64,000 nucleotides of DNA. Origin: Vicinamibacterales bacterium. GTDB taxonomy: Bacteria > Acidobacteriota > Vicinamibacteria > Vicinamibacterales > CAVVIG01. The notes under the pieces were generated by a model. It was not told the DNA's origin. It worked only from the letters and a program-made list of their open reading frames with translations, and did not search any database. Of this stretch, positions 1 through 10,235 are shown piece after piece. A program made the translations under genes and the position numbers. How positions within the stretch are numbered: the first letter of the stretch is position 1; the number at the start of each line of letters is the position of its first letter. Location of the stretch: positions 28,161 through 92,160 of the forward strand of contig DATLLJ010000043.1 of the NCBI GenBank assembly GCA_035537875.1. Direction: 5' to 3'.

Positions 1-118
1 TACCGCGCCAGAGTCCGCTGCCCCGCATTTCTGCGCGCGCCGCGTCCCCGCGCGCCCCCTCTTCTTCGTATTCTTCATGGCTTCGTGATAAACAGTCGGC
101 TACAGCAGTCGCCGTTTG

Positions 119-892
119 ATGCGCATCGATCTCAACGCGGACGTCGGCGAGTCGTTTGGAGCCTATACGTTCGGCCAGGACGCCTCGTTGATGGCGTCGA
201 TCACGTCGGCCAACATCGCCGCCGGGTTTCACGCTGGAGACCCGACGGTGCTCCGCACGACCATTCGCCTCGCCAAAGCCCATGGTGTGGCGATCGGCGC
301 GCATCCCGGGTTTCCCGATCTCGCGGGCTTTGGCCGCCGCGAGCTTGGAGTCACGCCACAGGAAGCCGAAGACTTCATCCTCTACCAGATTGCCGCGGTC
401 GCGGGCATCGCCCGAGCCGAAGGCGCCGAGCTGTCGCACGTCAAGGCGCACGGCGCACTGTACAATCGCGCCGCACGCGATCGACCGCTCGCTGACGCTG
501 TGGCCCGGGCTGTCGCGGCCTTCGACCGATCCCTGGTGCTGTTCGCTCCGCCCCGGTCGGCCCTGTTCGACGCGGCACGCGAGGCAGGGCTGCGCGTCGC
601 CGTCGAAGGGTTCGCCGATCGCGCCTACGAGTCGACCGGTCAGCTTGTTTCACGTCAGAAGGCAGGCTCGGTCATCCATGACCTCGCCATCGTCGTGAGC
701 CGTGCCGTTCGGATGGTGACCGAACGCGTCGTGTTCGGCCTCGACGGTTCGGTTGTGCCGCTCGAGCTCGATACGATGTGCATTCACAGCGACACGCCAG
801 ACGCCGGTCGCCTGGCGGCCGCGGTCCGTCACGCGCTCGAGACGGCTGGTGTGGCCGTGAGGCCAGTCAGGGAGCCTCGCCGTGTGGCTTGA
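119..892 (+). CDS. pxpA: 5-oxoprolinase subunit A (LamB/YcsF family)
   Basis: ORF 116..892. N-terminus MRIDLNADVGESFG plus HPGFPD and KAHGALYN motifs are typical of the LamB/YcsF family. ATG at 119 follows TTG at 116. Confidence 0.8.
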   Translation: MRIDLNADVGESFGAYTFGQDASLMASITSANIAAGFHAGDPTVLRTTIRLAKAHGVAIGAHPGFPDLAGFGRRELGVTPQEAEDFILYQIAAVAGIARAEGAELSHVKAHGALYNRAARDRPLADAVARAVAAFDRSLVLFAPPRSALFDAAREAGLRVAVEGFADRAYESTGQLVSRQKAGSVIHDLAIVVSRAVRMVTERVVFGLDGSVVPLELDTMCIHSDTPDAGRLAAAVRHALETAGVAVRPVREPRRVA

Positions 893-2144
893 CTGGTGGC
901 ACGCCGCCGATCGTCGGGCGCGCAGAGCATTCATGGCCGCGTCACTGGGCTGGATGCTGGACGCGTTCGACGTGATGCTCTTTGCGATCGTGGTGGCTTC
1001 CCTCATCGAGGATCCAACGCTCAATCTCTCGTTGTCGGCTGCGGGGATGCTCGGCTCGCTCACGCTCGTCAGCGCCGCCGTCGGCGGTATCGGCTTTGGC
1101 GTGCTCGCCGATCGATTTGGTCGGAAACGGGCGCTGATGGCCGCGGTTCTGCTGTATTCGATCTTCACCGCGGCGTGCGGCTTCGCTCAATCGGCGCTGC
1201 AGCTCGCCGTGTTCCGGGTCTTTGTCGGCCTGGGCATGGGAGGCGAGTGGGCCACGGGAGCGGCGCTCGTCTCGGAATGGTTCCCGCCTGCGCATCGCGG
1301 AAAGGCGCTGGCTTTCGTTCAGAGCTCGTGGGCGATCGGTTACGGCGCGGCCGCGCTCGTCAACATGCTCGTGTTGCCGTACTGGGGGTGGAGGGGTGTT
1401 TTCTTCGTCGGCGTCCTGCCAGCCCTCTTTACGATTTGGATCCGACACGGCGTCGAAGAATCGTCGCTCTGGCGCTCGAGCGTCCCAGCCGATCGCGGCC
1501 GGATGAGCGCCATTTTTGCCCCACCAGTCGGTCAGCTCACTCTGGTCCTCACGCTGATGAATGCCTTCACCTTGTTCGGCTGGTGGGGGCTGAACGCTTG
1601 GGTGCCCGCGTATCTTCGTTTGTCACCGGCTGAGGGCGGCATCGGCCTCACCTCGTCGACGATGTCGCTGTTCGTCATCGCCATGCAGGTCGGGATGTGG
1701 TTCGGTTACGTCAGCTTCGGGTTCTTCGCCGACGGCATCGGACGCAAGCGCGCGTATGTCTTCTACGTGATCTGCGCGAGCGTGCTGCTGCCGATTTACG
1801 GGCTGGTGCGCGACCCGGCGCTTCTGCTGGTGCTCGGTCCGCTCGTGGCTTTTTTCGGGACGGGATATTTCAGCGGTTTCGGCGCGGTGACGGCCGATTT
1901 CTATCCGACGGCCGTTCGCGCCACAGCGCAGGGGTTTACGTACAACACGGGTCGGCTCGTGAGCGCCGCGGCCCCGTTCGTAGTCGGGTCTCTGGCGGCG
2001 ACGCACGGGTTCGGCGTCGCTTTTCTGGTCAGCGGAGCGGCGTTTCTCGCGGCGGCGATTGTCTGGATCTGGATTCCAGACGGCGGCCGCCGCGAGATCG
2101 TCACTAATCAGCGGGAGCGCGGACTACCGACTACGGCAGCTTGA
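882..2144 (+). CDS. MFS transporter
   Basis: 420-aa ORF, hydrophobic throughout. Paired MFS loop motifs DRFGRKRAL and DGIGRKRAY lie in the two halves. GTG start overlaps the pxpA stop. Confidence 0.75.
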   Translation: MWLDWWHAADRRARRAFMAASLGWMLDAFDVMLFAIVVASLIEDPTLNLSLSAAGMLGSLTLVSAAVGGIGFGVLADRFGRKRALMAAVLLYSIFTAACGFAQSALQLAVFRVFVGLGMGGEWATGAALVSEWFPPAHRGKALAFVQSSWAIGYGAAALVNMLVLPYWGWRGVFFVGVLPALFTIWIRHGVEESSLWRSSVPADRGRMSAIFAPPVGQLTLVLTLMNAFTLFGWWGLNAWVPAYLRLSPAEGGIGLTSSTMSLFVIAMQVGMWFGYVSFGFFADGIGRKRAYVFYVICASVLLPIYGLVRDPALLLVLGPLVAFFGTGYFSGFGAVTADFYPTAVRATAQGFTYNTGRLVSAAAPFVVGSLAATHGFGVAFLVSGAAFLAAAIVWIWIPDGGRREIVTNQRERGLPTTAA

Positions 2145-2553
2145 CCTCGTAGGTCTTGTCCGGCAGCTGTTCGCGGTACTGTTTGTGGCAGCCGCCGCAA
2201 GTGCCCGTCACGCCGGCCACCGCTTTTTCGAGCGCCGCCGCATCCTTCTTCGTCGCGGCCGCTTCGAGCTCGAGCGCCGCTTTCGCACCGTTCCTTGCCA
2301 TTTGCGCCGCGGCATCGACCTTCTTGTGGGTGAAGAACGCATCGATGTACGCGTAGTTCGCCTTGTAAGTGGCGACCGTGGCGAGGGCCGCGTCAAAATT
2401 GTTGGCCTTCTGCGCTTCCCTGACGGCGGCATTCGCGGCAGCATTCGCGTTCATGACCGCTTTCATCGCATCCGACGGCTTCTCGTTGGCCGCCAGCAGG
2501 TTGACCCCAAAGGCGACTACGACCGCCAGCATCGACAAACCGAATCTACGCAT
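2131..2553 (-). CDS. class II c-type cytochrome (cytochrome c'-like)
   Basis: 140 aa with an N-terminal signal-like hydrophobic segment and an Ala/Lys-rich helical body. Single C-terminal haem motif CGGCH (CxxCH). AGGAGG Shine-Dalgarno lies 4 nt upstream of the ATG. Confidence 0.65.
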   Translation of the reverse strand: MRRFGLSMLAVVVAFGVNLLAANEKPSDAMKAVMNANAAANAAVREAQKANNFDAALATVATYKANYAYIDAFFTHKKVDAAAQMARNGAKAALELEAAATKKDAAALEKAVAGVTGTCGGCHKQYREQLPDKTYEVKLP

Positions 2554-2646
2554 AGATCCTCCTAAAGGAATCCGTAAGGTGCCCTAGTATAGATCGCCGC
2601 CGCTGAAACGTTCGTACCCACTTGTTGCAATCCGTACCTCGTCCGT

Positions 2647-4347
2647 CTACGCCTGTCCATCCCTCAGCGCCCGTCGGAGGACTTTGCCGACCATCGTCTT
2701 GGGCAGCTCTGTCCGGAACTCTATATGCGACGGTGATTTGTAGGGTGCGAGACGGTCGCGGCAGAAGGACCGCAGCTCCTGATCCGTCACAGCTTTACCT
2801 GCGCGGAGGACGACCCAGGCCTTGACGGCTTCTCCCCGGACGCGATCGGCGATGCCCGCCACGCCGACTTCGGCCACCGCTGGGTGAGCGGCCAGCACCT
2901 CTTCGACCTCCCGGGGCCACACCTGAAAGCCGCTCGTCTTGATGAGGTCTTTCTTGCGATCGACGATGAAAACGTAGCCTTCAACGTCGATATATCCCAG
3001 ATCGCCGGTGTGGAGCCAGCGCCTGACGCCGGACTCGTCGAGGTGTTCACGAAGCATGCTGGAGGTTTCGTCGGGCTGGTTCCAGTATCCACGCATCAAT
3101 TGGCGCGCGGAGAACGCGATCTCGCCGACTTCGCCGGGCGGCATTTCTCTGATCCCTTCGTCGCTGTCGAAGATCCGCACCTGAACGTCCGGGAGCGGCA
3201 TTCCTACCGACCCGATCTTGTTCGGACCCTTCACGGGATTGACGCAGAGAGCCATCATGGCCTCGGTCAGAGAATATCCTTCGACGAGTCGGCCACCGGT
3301 CATCGATTCGAAGCGGTTCTTCGTCTCGGCGAGAAGCGGCGCCGCGCCGGACAGACAGACCTTGATCGACTTGAAGTCGACTTTCCCGCGCTGAACGTCC
3401 CGGTGATTCAACAGTGCGATGTACAGCGTCGGCACACCCACGAAGAAAGCCGGCTTGACCCGGCGAATCGTCCGAATCACATCGGCGATATCACGCGGGT
3501 TCGGGACGATCGCCATCGCGCTCCCGTTGATGAACGCGAGGGACTGCACACCGAGGTTTCCGTACACGTGGAACATGGGCAGCGGCAGCATGAAAACGTC
3601 GCGTTCGCGACTGATCACCGATTGCAGCCAGGCGCCTTCCTGCAGACCGGCGATGACATAGGCCTGATGCCTGCCGACGACTCCTTTGGGAGAGCCGGTC
3701 GTCCCGCCGCTCATCAACAGGACCGCGTCATCCTCGGGCGTGACGACCGCGCGGTCGAAAGGCCGGCCGCGATGTTCGCGCAGTAGAGCGCTGAAATCGC
3801 GGTCGCCCGGCGCGAGCGTGACCCGATCTCCGTCTCGCTTTTCGCGGACAAGGGTGAACAGCAGTTTCAGCAGCGGCGGAAAGTGGTCCTTGATGTTGGT
3901 CGCGACGACCCGCACCAGCGGAGTCCGCGGCTGCACGCGCTTGACCCGCTGGTAGAAGCGGGTCAACGTGACGATGATTTTGATCCCCTGGTCGCGAAGC
4001 GGCGCCTCGAGCTCCTGTTCTCCGTAGATTGGATTGAGGGGCGCCACGATGGCGCCGAGCTTCCAGGAACCGAGCTCGGCGATGAAAAACTGCGGGCAAT
4101 TGGGAAGGAGCAGACCGACGCGATCTCCCGGCTTGACGTCCAGCGACTGGAAGGCGGCTGCGCACGCGTCGCTCAGTTGATCGAGCGCCTGATAGCTGAG
4201 CGTGCCTCCTTTGTACAAGAGCGCTGGCTGCCCTGGACGCTCGCGGACGTTGTCGGCGAGGTAGTCGAGAAGCGTTCGGTTCGGGTAGGGTTCGAGAGTT
4301 GCCGGGACGTCAGGGTCGTAGTGAGAAAGCCAGGGGGCAGGATCCAT
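2647..4347 (-). CDS. AMP-dependent acyl-CoA synthetase/ligase (long-chain fatty acid-CoA ligase-like)
   Basis: 566 aa. AMP-binding signature LMSGGTTGSPKG, plus EGYSLTEA and LHTGDLGY motifs. Confidence 0.8.
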   Translation of the reverse strand: MDPAPWLSHYDPDVPATLEPYPNRTLLDYLADNVRERPGQPALLYKGGTLSYQALDQLSDACAAAFQSLDVKPGDRVGLLLPNCPQFFIAELGSWKLGAIVAPLNPIYGEQELEAPLRDQGIKIIVTLTRFYQRVKRVQPRTPLVRVVATNIKDHFPPLLKLLFTLVREKRDGDRVTLAPGDRDFSALLREHRGRPFDRAVVTPEDDAVLLMSGGTTGSPKGVVGRHQAYVIAGLQEGAWLQSVISRERDVFMLPLPMFHVYGNLGVQSLAFINGSAMAIVPNPRDIADVIRTIRRVKPAFFVGVPTLYIALLNHRDVQRGKVDFKSIKVCLSGAAPLLAETKNRFESMTGGRLVEGYSLTEAMMALCVNPVKGPNKIGSVGMPLPDVQVRIFDSDEGIREMPPGEVGEIAFSARQLMRGYWNQPDETSSMLREHLDESGVRRWLHTGDLGYIDVEGYVFIVDRKKDLIKTSGFQVWPREVEEVLAAHPAVAEVGVAGIADRVRGEAVKAWVVLRAGKAVTDQELRSFCRDRLAPYKSPSHIEFRTELPKTMVGKVLRRALRDGQA

Positions 4348-5295
4348 CTAGCCGAGCAGCATCGACAGAAGAGCCTTCTGTCCGTGAAGCCGATTCTCCG
4401 CCTGGTCGAACACGACAGACGCCGGCGACTCGAAAACCTCTGCCGTGACCTCTTCGCCCCGGTGGGCCGGCAGGCAGTGCATGAAGAGCGCATCGGGCTT
4501 GGCGGCGGCCATGAGCGCGCTGGTCACCTGGTACGGGGCGAACACACTCCGACGCACGTCCGCTTCGGCTTCCTGTCCCATCGAGGTCCAGGTATCAGTG
4601 TACACGGCATCAGCGCCGCGAACCGCGGCCGTCGGATCGGTGAACAGCCGCAACCGTGCGCCGTGCATCGCGGCCTTCGCCGCCTGCTGGACGATTGATG
4701 ACGGCAGCTCGTATCCTCGGGGGCTGGCAAGATGACAGTGGACGCCGCAGAGCGCCGACGCGTGCGCGAGCGAGGCGGCGATGTTGTTGCCGTCGCCCAC
4801 GAACGCCAGCGTGCGGCCGGTCAGCGTGCCGAATCGTTCTTTCAGCGTGACGAAGTCGGCAATCGCCTGGCAGGGGTGCTGCTGGTCGCTGAGCGCGTTG
4901 ATGACGTGCAGCCGGCTGGCCGCTGACGCAAACTCTTCGAGCGTTTGCTGGGAAAACGTCCGGATGACCACCGCGTGCACCCAGCGCTCCAGATTTCTGG
5001 CGACGTCGACGATCGGCTCACGCAAACCGAGTGCTGCGTCGGATTGCAGCGCGATCACGTCGCCGCCCAGTTCGCGGACCGCGATTTCGAAGGTGGTGCG
5101 CGTCCTGAGTGAGGGTTTCTCGAAGAGCATCGCCACGTGACGTCCGGCGAGAGCCGCTGAGGTTCCGGCCTTGGGCCCGAGGGGGCGCTCCGCCTTCATC
5201 TGAAGTGCGAGTTCGAGGCAGCGCTCGAACTCGAGGGCGTCGAAATCGATGACCGACAGGAAGTCCTTCGGGTGGGCAAGGGCAGCGTCTGGCAT
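4348..5295 (-). CDS. argF: ornithine carbamoyltransferase
   Basis: FEKPSLRTRTTFE (SxRTR), HPCQ and HCLPAHRGEEV motifs. Start trimmed to the ATG at 5295, just downstream of the argJ stop (5298-5300). Confidence 0.85.
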   Translation of the reverse strand: MPDAALAHPKDFLSVIDFDALEFERCLELALQMKAERPLGPKAGTSAALAGRHVAMLFEKPSLRTRTTFEIAVRELGGDVIALQSDAALGLREPIVDVARNLERWVHAVVIRTFSQQTLEEFASAASRLHVINALSDQQHPCQAIADFVTLKERFGTLTGRTLAFVGDGNNIAASLAHASALCGVHCHLASPRGYELPSSIVQQAAKAAMHGARLRLFTDPTAAVRGADAVYTDTWTSMGQEAEADVRRSVFAPYQVTSALMAAAKPDALFMHCLPAHRGEEVTAEVFESPASVVFDQAENRLHGQKALLSMLLG

Positions 5296-5297
5296 GG

Positions 5298-6503
5298 CTA
5301 GGTTCTGTAGTCCGCGTTGATCCGGACGTACTCGGCGCTGAGGTCGCAGGTCCACACGGTGGAGGACGCCGGGCCGGCACCGAGATCCACCGACAGCGCG
5401 ATATCGGTGCCTTTGAGGTACGTCGCCGCTTCGTCAGCCGCCTCGTCGTGGGGCTGTCCGTCCTTGAACAGCATCGTCGGACCAATCATCACCGCCGCCC
5501 GGGACAGGTCGAACGCGACGCCCGAGCGCCCGGCGACGGCAATGAGCCGGCCCCAGTTGGGATCGCCGCCGTGGATTGCCGTCTTGACGAGCAGCGAGTT
5601 GGCGATAGCTTTTGCCGCCTTCCGCGCCTCGGCGGCGGACGCGGCGCCCGACACCGTGACGGTCACGAGTTTGGTCGCACCCTCGCCGCCCCGAACGATA
5701 CCGAGCGCCAGTTCGTGACAGACGGCGCGCAATCCCTGCATGAACGCGACGTAAGAGCTCTCGTCCACGCGGGCGCCGCCAGCGCCATTCGCCAGCAGCA
5801 TGACCGAGTCGTTGGTCGAGCACTCACCATCCACCGTGATCGCGTTGAACGTCTCGTCCACGGCTTCACGCAAAGCGCGGGCGAGAAGCGGCTGAGGCAC
5901 GGCAGCGTCCGTGGTGATGAAGCCGAGCATGGTGGCCATCATGGGCTCGATCATCCCGGATCCCTTGGCCATGCCGCCAATCCGCACTTGACGGCCGCCC
6001 AGTCGCACTTCCGTCGCGGCTTCTTTAGGAAACGGATCCGTCGTCATGATGGCCCGGGCGGCGGCCGATCCCTGGTCGTTGGCGAGACCGCGCACGGCGG
6101 CCGGCAACGCCGCGCAGATCTTCTCAATCGGCAGCGCCACCCCGATGACACCGGTAGACGCCACGAGCACCTCGGGAACGGCGCAGTTCACGAGCGCGGC
6201 CGTCTGGGCGGCCATCTCGTACGCCGCCTTCAATCCCTGCTCCCCGGTGCATGCGTTCGCGCATCCGCTGTTCACCACGATGGCGCGGGCCGTGCCACCG
6301 CTCGTCTTCAGATGCTCGCGCGAGACGATGACGGGCGCAGCCTGAGCGCGATTGATCGTGAACACTGCCGCTGCGGTGGCGGGAGTGTCTGAAACCAGCA
6401 GTGCGAGATCGAGGCCGCGATTCGCCTTGATGCCTGCACTCGAACCAGACGCGCGATAGCCCAGGGGGGTCGTGATGCCGCCGATTCCGACACTCGCGCT
6501 CAT
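5298..6503 (-). CDS. argJ: bifunctional glutamate N-acetyltransferase / amino-acid acetyltransferase
   Basis: ArgJ family, with the self-cleavage region MMATMLGFITTDA. Start trimmed to MSASVGIGG (ATGA overlap with the upstream GNAT stop). Confidence 0.85.
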   Translation of the reverse strand: MSASVGIGGITTPLGYRASGSSAGIKANRGLDLALLVSDTPATAAAVFTINRAQAAPVIVSREHLKTSGGTARAIVVNSGCANACTGEQGLKAAYEMAAQTAALVNCAVPEVLVASTGVIGVALPIEKICAALPAAVRGLANDQGSAAARAIMTTDPFPKEAATEVRLGGRQVRIGGMAKGSGMIEPMMATMLGFITTDAAVPQPLLARALREAVDETFNAITVDGECSTNDSVMLLANGAGGARVDESSYVAFMQGLRAVCHELALGIVRGGEGATKLVTVTVSGAASAAEARKAAKAIANSLLVKTAIHGGDPNWGRLIAVAGRSGVAFDLSRAAVMIGPTMLFKDGQPHDEAADEAATYLKGTDIALSVDLGAGPASSTVWTCDLSAEYVRINADYRT

Positions 6504-7030
6504 GCGTAACGGCCGACCGCGGGCTCGTGCGCCGGTGTGCGGTCTCCCTCGTAGGCCGAGTCGATCGGGACCACCATCGCGTACTGTCCGCACTGGCGAA
6601 ACAGCGGGCACTTGACGCAGTCGGTCGTCACCTTCTCGAGCAGCCAGGTGTGTGGAACGATCGAGAATCCCATCGGAATGAAGTAGGCCGGGGCATGCGT
6701 GAACGCACACAGCTTGTCGAAGCCTTCGGCCCGCGCACGCCGGCGCAGTTCGTCGACGATCATCGTCCCGACGCCGTGGCCGCGTTCGCCAGGGTCGACG
6801 ACCAGTGAGCGCACCTCGGCAACGTGCGCGCTGAGCGCCGCCAGCTCGGCGCAGCCGACGATGCGACGGCCGCGCGTCGCCACCACGAATCGACCGGCGT
6901 GGATCTTCAGCTCGCCGAGCGTCCGCGGCAGCAGGTGGCCCTCCTCGAGGTTGGCGGAAATCAGGGTGTGGAGCGCTCGTGCTTCGGAGGTCGTCGCCGA
7001 GCGCAGCATGACGGCACTTCGTGGTTTCAT
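6500..7030 (-). CDS. single-domain GNAT N-acetyltransferase (short N-acetylglutamate synthase-like)
   Basis: 176 aa with acetyl-CoA motif RGHGVG. Embedded between argD and argJ with 4-nt overlaps on both sides. Size and context resemble the short mycobacterial ArgA type. Confidence 0.6.
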   Translation of the reverse strand: MKPRSAVMLRSATTSEARALHTLISANLEEGHLLPRTLGELKIHAGRFVVATRGRRIVGCAELAALSAHVAEVRSLVVDPGERGHGVGTMIVDELRRRARAEGFDKLCAFTHAPAYFIPMGFSIVPHTWLLEKVTTDCVKCPLFRQCGQYAMVVPIDSAYEGDRTPAHEPAVGRYA

Positions 7031-8235
7031 TCAGCGGCTCCTACGGCGGAAAACGCCGCGTCGAGACGGCCGAGTGCCTCGTCGATCTCCGTCTCGGTAA
7101 TCACCAGCGCCGGCAGCAACCGCACGACCGTTTCCGCCGTGCGGTTGACGATGACGCCCCGTGCCAGACCCTGCTCGACGACCGGCGTGGCGTCACGCGT
7201 CAACTGGAGGCCCCACATCAAACCCGCGCCCCTCACTTCTTTGATCAAGGGATGTTTCGACGCCATCGCGCGGAGGCCCCGCTCCAGATGGTCGCCGACC
7301 CGGGCCACGCGAGCGAGCAGTCCGCCGCGGTCGAGCTCGTCGAGGAAGCAGAGAGCGGCTCGACACGCCAGCAGGTTCCCGCCGTACGTGCTGCCGTGGT
7401 CTCCGAAGGCAATCGTGTCGGCCACCTCCTGGCTGACCAGCGCTGCGCCGACCGCCACGCCGCCGCCGAGCGCCTTCCCGATGGAGATGAGGTGCGGGTG
7501 GAGACCCAGGACCGGTCCGTAGAACGGGTAACCGGTGCGCCCCAGCCCGCTCTGCACTTCATCGGCAATCACGAGGGCGCCGGTCCGTGACGAGGCCTCG
7601 ATGATGGCCAAGGCGAAAGCCGGGGTCAGCGGACGAACTCCACCCTCGCCCTGCACCGGCTCCGCGATGATGGCCGCTGTCGCTTGGGAGACAGCAGCCA
7701 GCAATGCTTTCGGGTCGTCGGCCGGGACAAAGCGAACGCCGGGCACCAGCGGTTCGAACGGAGTGCGGTAGTGTTCGTTGGACGTCACGGACAGCGCCCC
7801 GAACGTTCGTCCGTGAAAAGAGTTTTCCAGGGCGATGATTTCGGCGCGCGGTTCGCCGCGCGTATACCAATACCGCCGCGCGAACTTCAGGCAGGCCTCG
7901 ACGGCCTCGGTCCCGCTGTTGCAGAAGAAGGCGCGCGGCAGCCCCGACAGGCTCGCCAGACGTTCGGCGAGCTGCCCCTGGTAGGGGTGGTAGAACAGAT
8001 TGGAGGTGTGGATGAGAGTCTGCGCCTGTTCTGCGATCGCTCGCGCAAGGCCGGGATGGCCGTGCCCGAGAGAAGCGACGCCAATGCCCGACAGCAGATC
8101 AAAGTACTCGCGTCCCTCGGCGTCGTACAACTTCACGCCCTGGCCGCGCACGAACGTGATCGGCGCACGCCGGTAGGTCTGCAGAACGTGTCGCGATTCG
8201 AGCGCCTGAATCTCGTCGATGGTTGTGCTCTCCAT
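7027..8235 (-). CDS. argD: acetylornithine aminotransferase
   Basis: 402 aa class-III aminotransferase with PLP-lysine context SIGKALGGG. Lies in the arg operon. Confidence 0.85.
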   Translation of the reverse strand: MESTTIDEIQALESRHVLQTYRRAPITFVRGQGVKLYDAEGREYFDLLSGIGVASLGHGHPGLARAIAEQAQTLIHTSNLFYHPYQGQLAERLASLSGLPRAFFCNSGTEAVEACLKFARRYWYTRGEPRAEIIALENSFHGRTFGALSVTSNEHYRTPFEPLVPGVRFVPADDPKALLAAVSQATAAIIAEPVQGEGGVRPLTPAFALAIIEASSRTGALVIADEVQSGLGRTGYPFYGPVLGLHPHLISIGKALGGGVAVGAALVSQEVADTIAFGDHGSTYGGNLLACRAALCFLDELDRGGLLARVARVGDHLERGLRAMASKHPLIKEVRGAGLMWGLQLTRDATPVVEQGLARGVIVNRTAETVVRLLPALVITETEIDEALGRLDAAFSAVGAAE

Positions 8236-8283
8236 ATGTCTCGGAGGGCGTGAAGCCCCCCGCTCCTTCTCTCAGTCGGGCTG

Positions 8284-9150
8284 CTAGCGGCGCACGCTCT
8301 CCGGTAGCCGATCGCCCGCGTACGTGTTCCGCCCCGTGACTCGCGTCGAGCCGGGCGGTACTTCGCCCTTGGCCGCGGCGACAATTGCCGAGTCATCGCG
8401 ACCATCGATGATGACGGCATCTCCCACGCCGGCGGCTACCGCCTGCTCGCAGGCACGCAGCTTGGCGACCATGCCCGCCGTTGCCGTGCCGTCTGAGACC
8501 AGCCGCTCAATCGCCGCCTGGTCCAGCAGAGCCCGCGTCGACCCATCCGGCCCCAGCACGCCAGCGGTGGTTCCCGCGATGACCAGCCTGTTCGCCCCGA
8601 GCCGTGCCGCCAGATGGCCGGCCAGTGTGTCGGCGTTGACGTTCAGCAGATCGCCGTTGCGCGTCATCCCGATGCAGGCGACAACCGGCAGGAACCCGTT
8701 GCCGAGGAGTGTGGCCAGAAGGGTCGTATCCGACGAGGAATTCGGAATGCCGACGCGTCCCAGGTCCACGGCGCGGCCGTCGACGGCCTGGTGGATTGGC
8801 GCCGGGTCCGACAACCCGCAACCCGCATCTGCACCGGTCAATCCGACGGCTCGGACTCCCGCCGCGGTCAATGCGGCAACCAACCGTGTGTTGATGGATC
8901 CGGCCAATACTCCAACCACCACGTCCAGCGTCGCTTCGTCTGTAATGCGCAAGCCGTCGACTTGACGCGTCTCGATGCCCGCTGCCTTCAGCGCGCGGTC
9001 GATTTCTTTGCCGCCGCCGTGAACGACGACCGCCGCGAACCGGGGATCTTCACGGGCGACCCGTGCCACGGCGGAGACGACAGTGTCGAGGCGAACCCGA
9101 TCCTCGAGGAGTTCGCCGCCGAATTTCAGGACAAGACTCACAGAGCTCAC
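8284..9150 (-). CDS. argB: acetylglutamate kinase
   Basis: Amino-acid kinase fold: LVLKFGGELL, VVHGGGKEI. Confidence 0.9.
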   Translation of the reverse strand: MSSVSLVLKFGGELLEDRVRLDTVVSAVARVAREDPRFAAVVVHGGGKEIDRALKAAGIETRQVDGLRITDEATLDVVVGVLAGSINTRLVAALTAAGVRAVGLTGADAGCGLSDPAPIHQAVDGRAVDLGRVGIPNSSSDTTLLATLLGNGFLPVVACIGMTRNGDLLNVNADTLAGHLAARLGANRLVIAGTTAGVLGPDGSTRALLDQAAIERLVSDGTATAGMVAKLRACEQAVAAGVGDAVIIDGRDDSAIVAAAKGEVPPGSTRVTGRNTYAGDRLPESVRR

Positions 9151-10229
9151 AGCAGACCTGTTCGGTCGTCGAGCCCCAGCATGACGTTCATGTTCTGGAC
9201 CGCCTGCCCCGACGCCCCCTTCAGCAAGTTGTCGATGACCGAGACGAGAATGGCACGGCCCGAGGGGTCCACGCGCCAGCCGATGTCGCAGAAGTTTGTA
9301 TGCGCGACCTGCTTGATCTCGGGCATGGCGCCCCCGGTGAGGCGCACGAACGTCTCGTTGCGGTACGCGCCCTCATACAAGTCGCCGAGGGCCGCCTCGG
9401 TCGTTCCAGGGGCGACGCGGACGTAGATCGTTGCCATCAGGCCCCGGTCGAGTGGCACCAAGTGAGGCGTGAACGTGAGATTCGCGGATCCACGCAGCCC
9501 CTGTTCAATTTCGGCCGCGTGCCGATGGTTGAACACGCCGTACGCGGACAGATTGCCATGACACTCCGAGAAATGTGTCCGCTCCGTCGGCGTCTTTCCG
9601 GCTCCGGACACGCCCGACTTGGCGTCGACGATGATGTCGGCGTCGGCGAGAAGCAGGCCGGCGGCGACAAGGGGGGCGAGTGCCAGCAGCGAGGCCGTCG
9701 GGTAGCAGCCCGGATTGGCGACGAGGCGCGCGGCCCGAACGTTCGTGCGATCGAGCTCGGTGAGACCGTACGCCACACCCGTGGGGACGGCATGAGTTTC
9801 GGGATACCAGCGCGCGCGCGCCGTCTCGTCGCGCAGGCGAAAGGCGCCGGAGAGGTCGATGACGCGCACGCCCGCGTCGACGAGCGAGGGGGCGATCTCG
9901 GCCGCTGCCTTGTCGGGCAGCGCCAGGAAGATCAGATCGGCCATGCCGGCGAGCCCATCGGTGGAGAGAGGCACGATCTCCCCATCCCAGATTCGGGCGA
10001 GCGCCGGCAGACGTCGCAGCGCGGTGCCGCTCGTCCCGGAGGACGTCGCCGCGGTGACCGTGACCGCCGGATGGCGACCGAGCAGCCGCAGGAGCTCCTG
10101 GCCGGTGTAGCCGGTGGCGCCGGCCACGGCCACGCGCGTGCCGGCCGTCACGGGACTCTTTCCACCCGGTGACGACCCGCGCTCGTCCGATCTCGCCGGC
10201 TGCGATCCGGCTGGTGTGACGGTATGCAT
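9147..10229 (-). CDS. argC: N-acetyl-gamma-glutamyl-phosphate reductase
   Basis: VAVAGATGYTGQELLRLL NAD-binding motif and active-site ANPGCYPTA. The N-terminal 30 aa are low complexity, so the true start may be internal. Confidence 0.85.
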   Translation of the reverse strand: MHTVTPAGSQPARSDERGSSPGGKSPVTAGTRVAVAGATGYTGQELLRLLGRHPAVTVTAATSSGTSGTALRRLPALARIWDGEIVPLSTDGLAGMADLIFLALPDKAAAEIAPSLVDAGVRVIDLSGAFRLRDETARARWYPETHAVPTGVAYGLTELDRTNVRAARLVANPGCYPTASLLALAPLVAAGLLLADADIIVDAKSGVSGAGKTPTERTHFSECHGNLSAYGVFNHRHAAEIEQGLRGSANLTFTPHLVPLDRGLMATIYVRVAPGTTEAALGDLYEGAYRNETFVRLTGGAMPEIKQVAHTNFCDIGWRVDPSGRAILVSVIDNLLKGASGQAVQNMNVMLGLDDRTGLL

Positions 10230-10235
10230 AAAAAA

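Noticed and set aside
1-77. Possible 5' end of a minus-strand gene (ATG at 75-77, MKNTKKRGRAGTRR...) running off the window start.
   Set aside because: Only about 25 codons are visible, they are highly basic low complexity, and no motif is present. Evidence is insufficient to call a feature.
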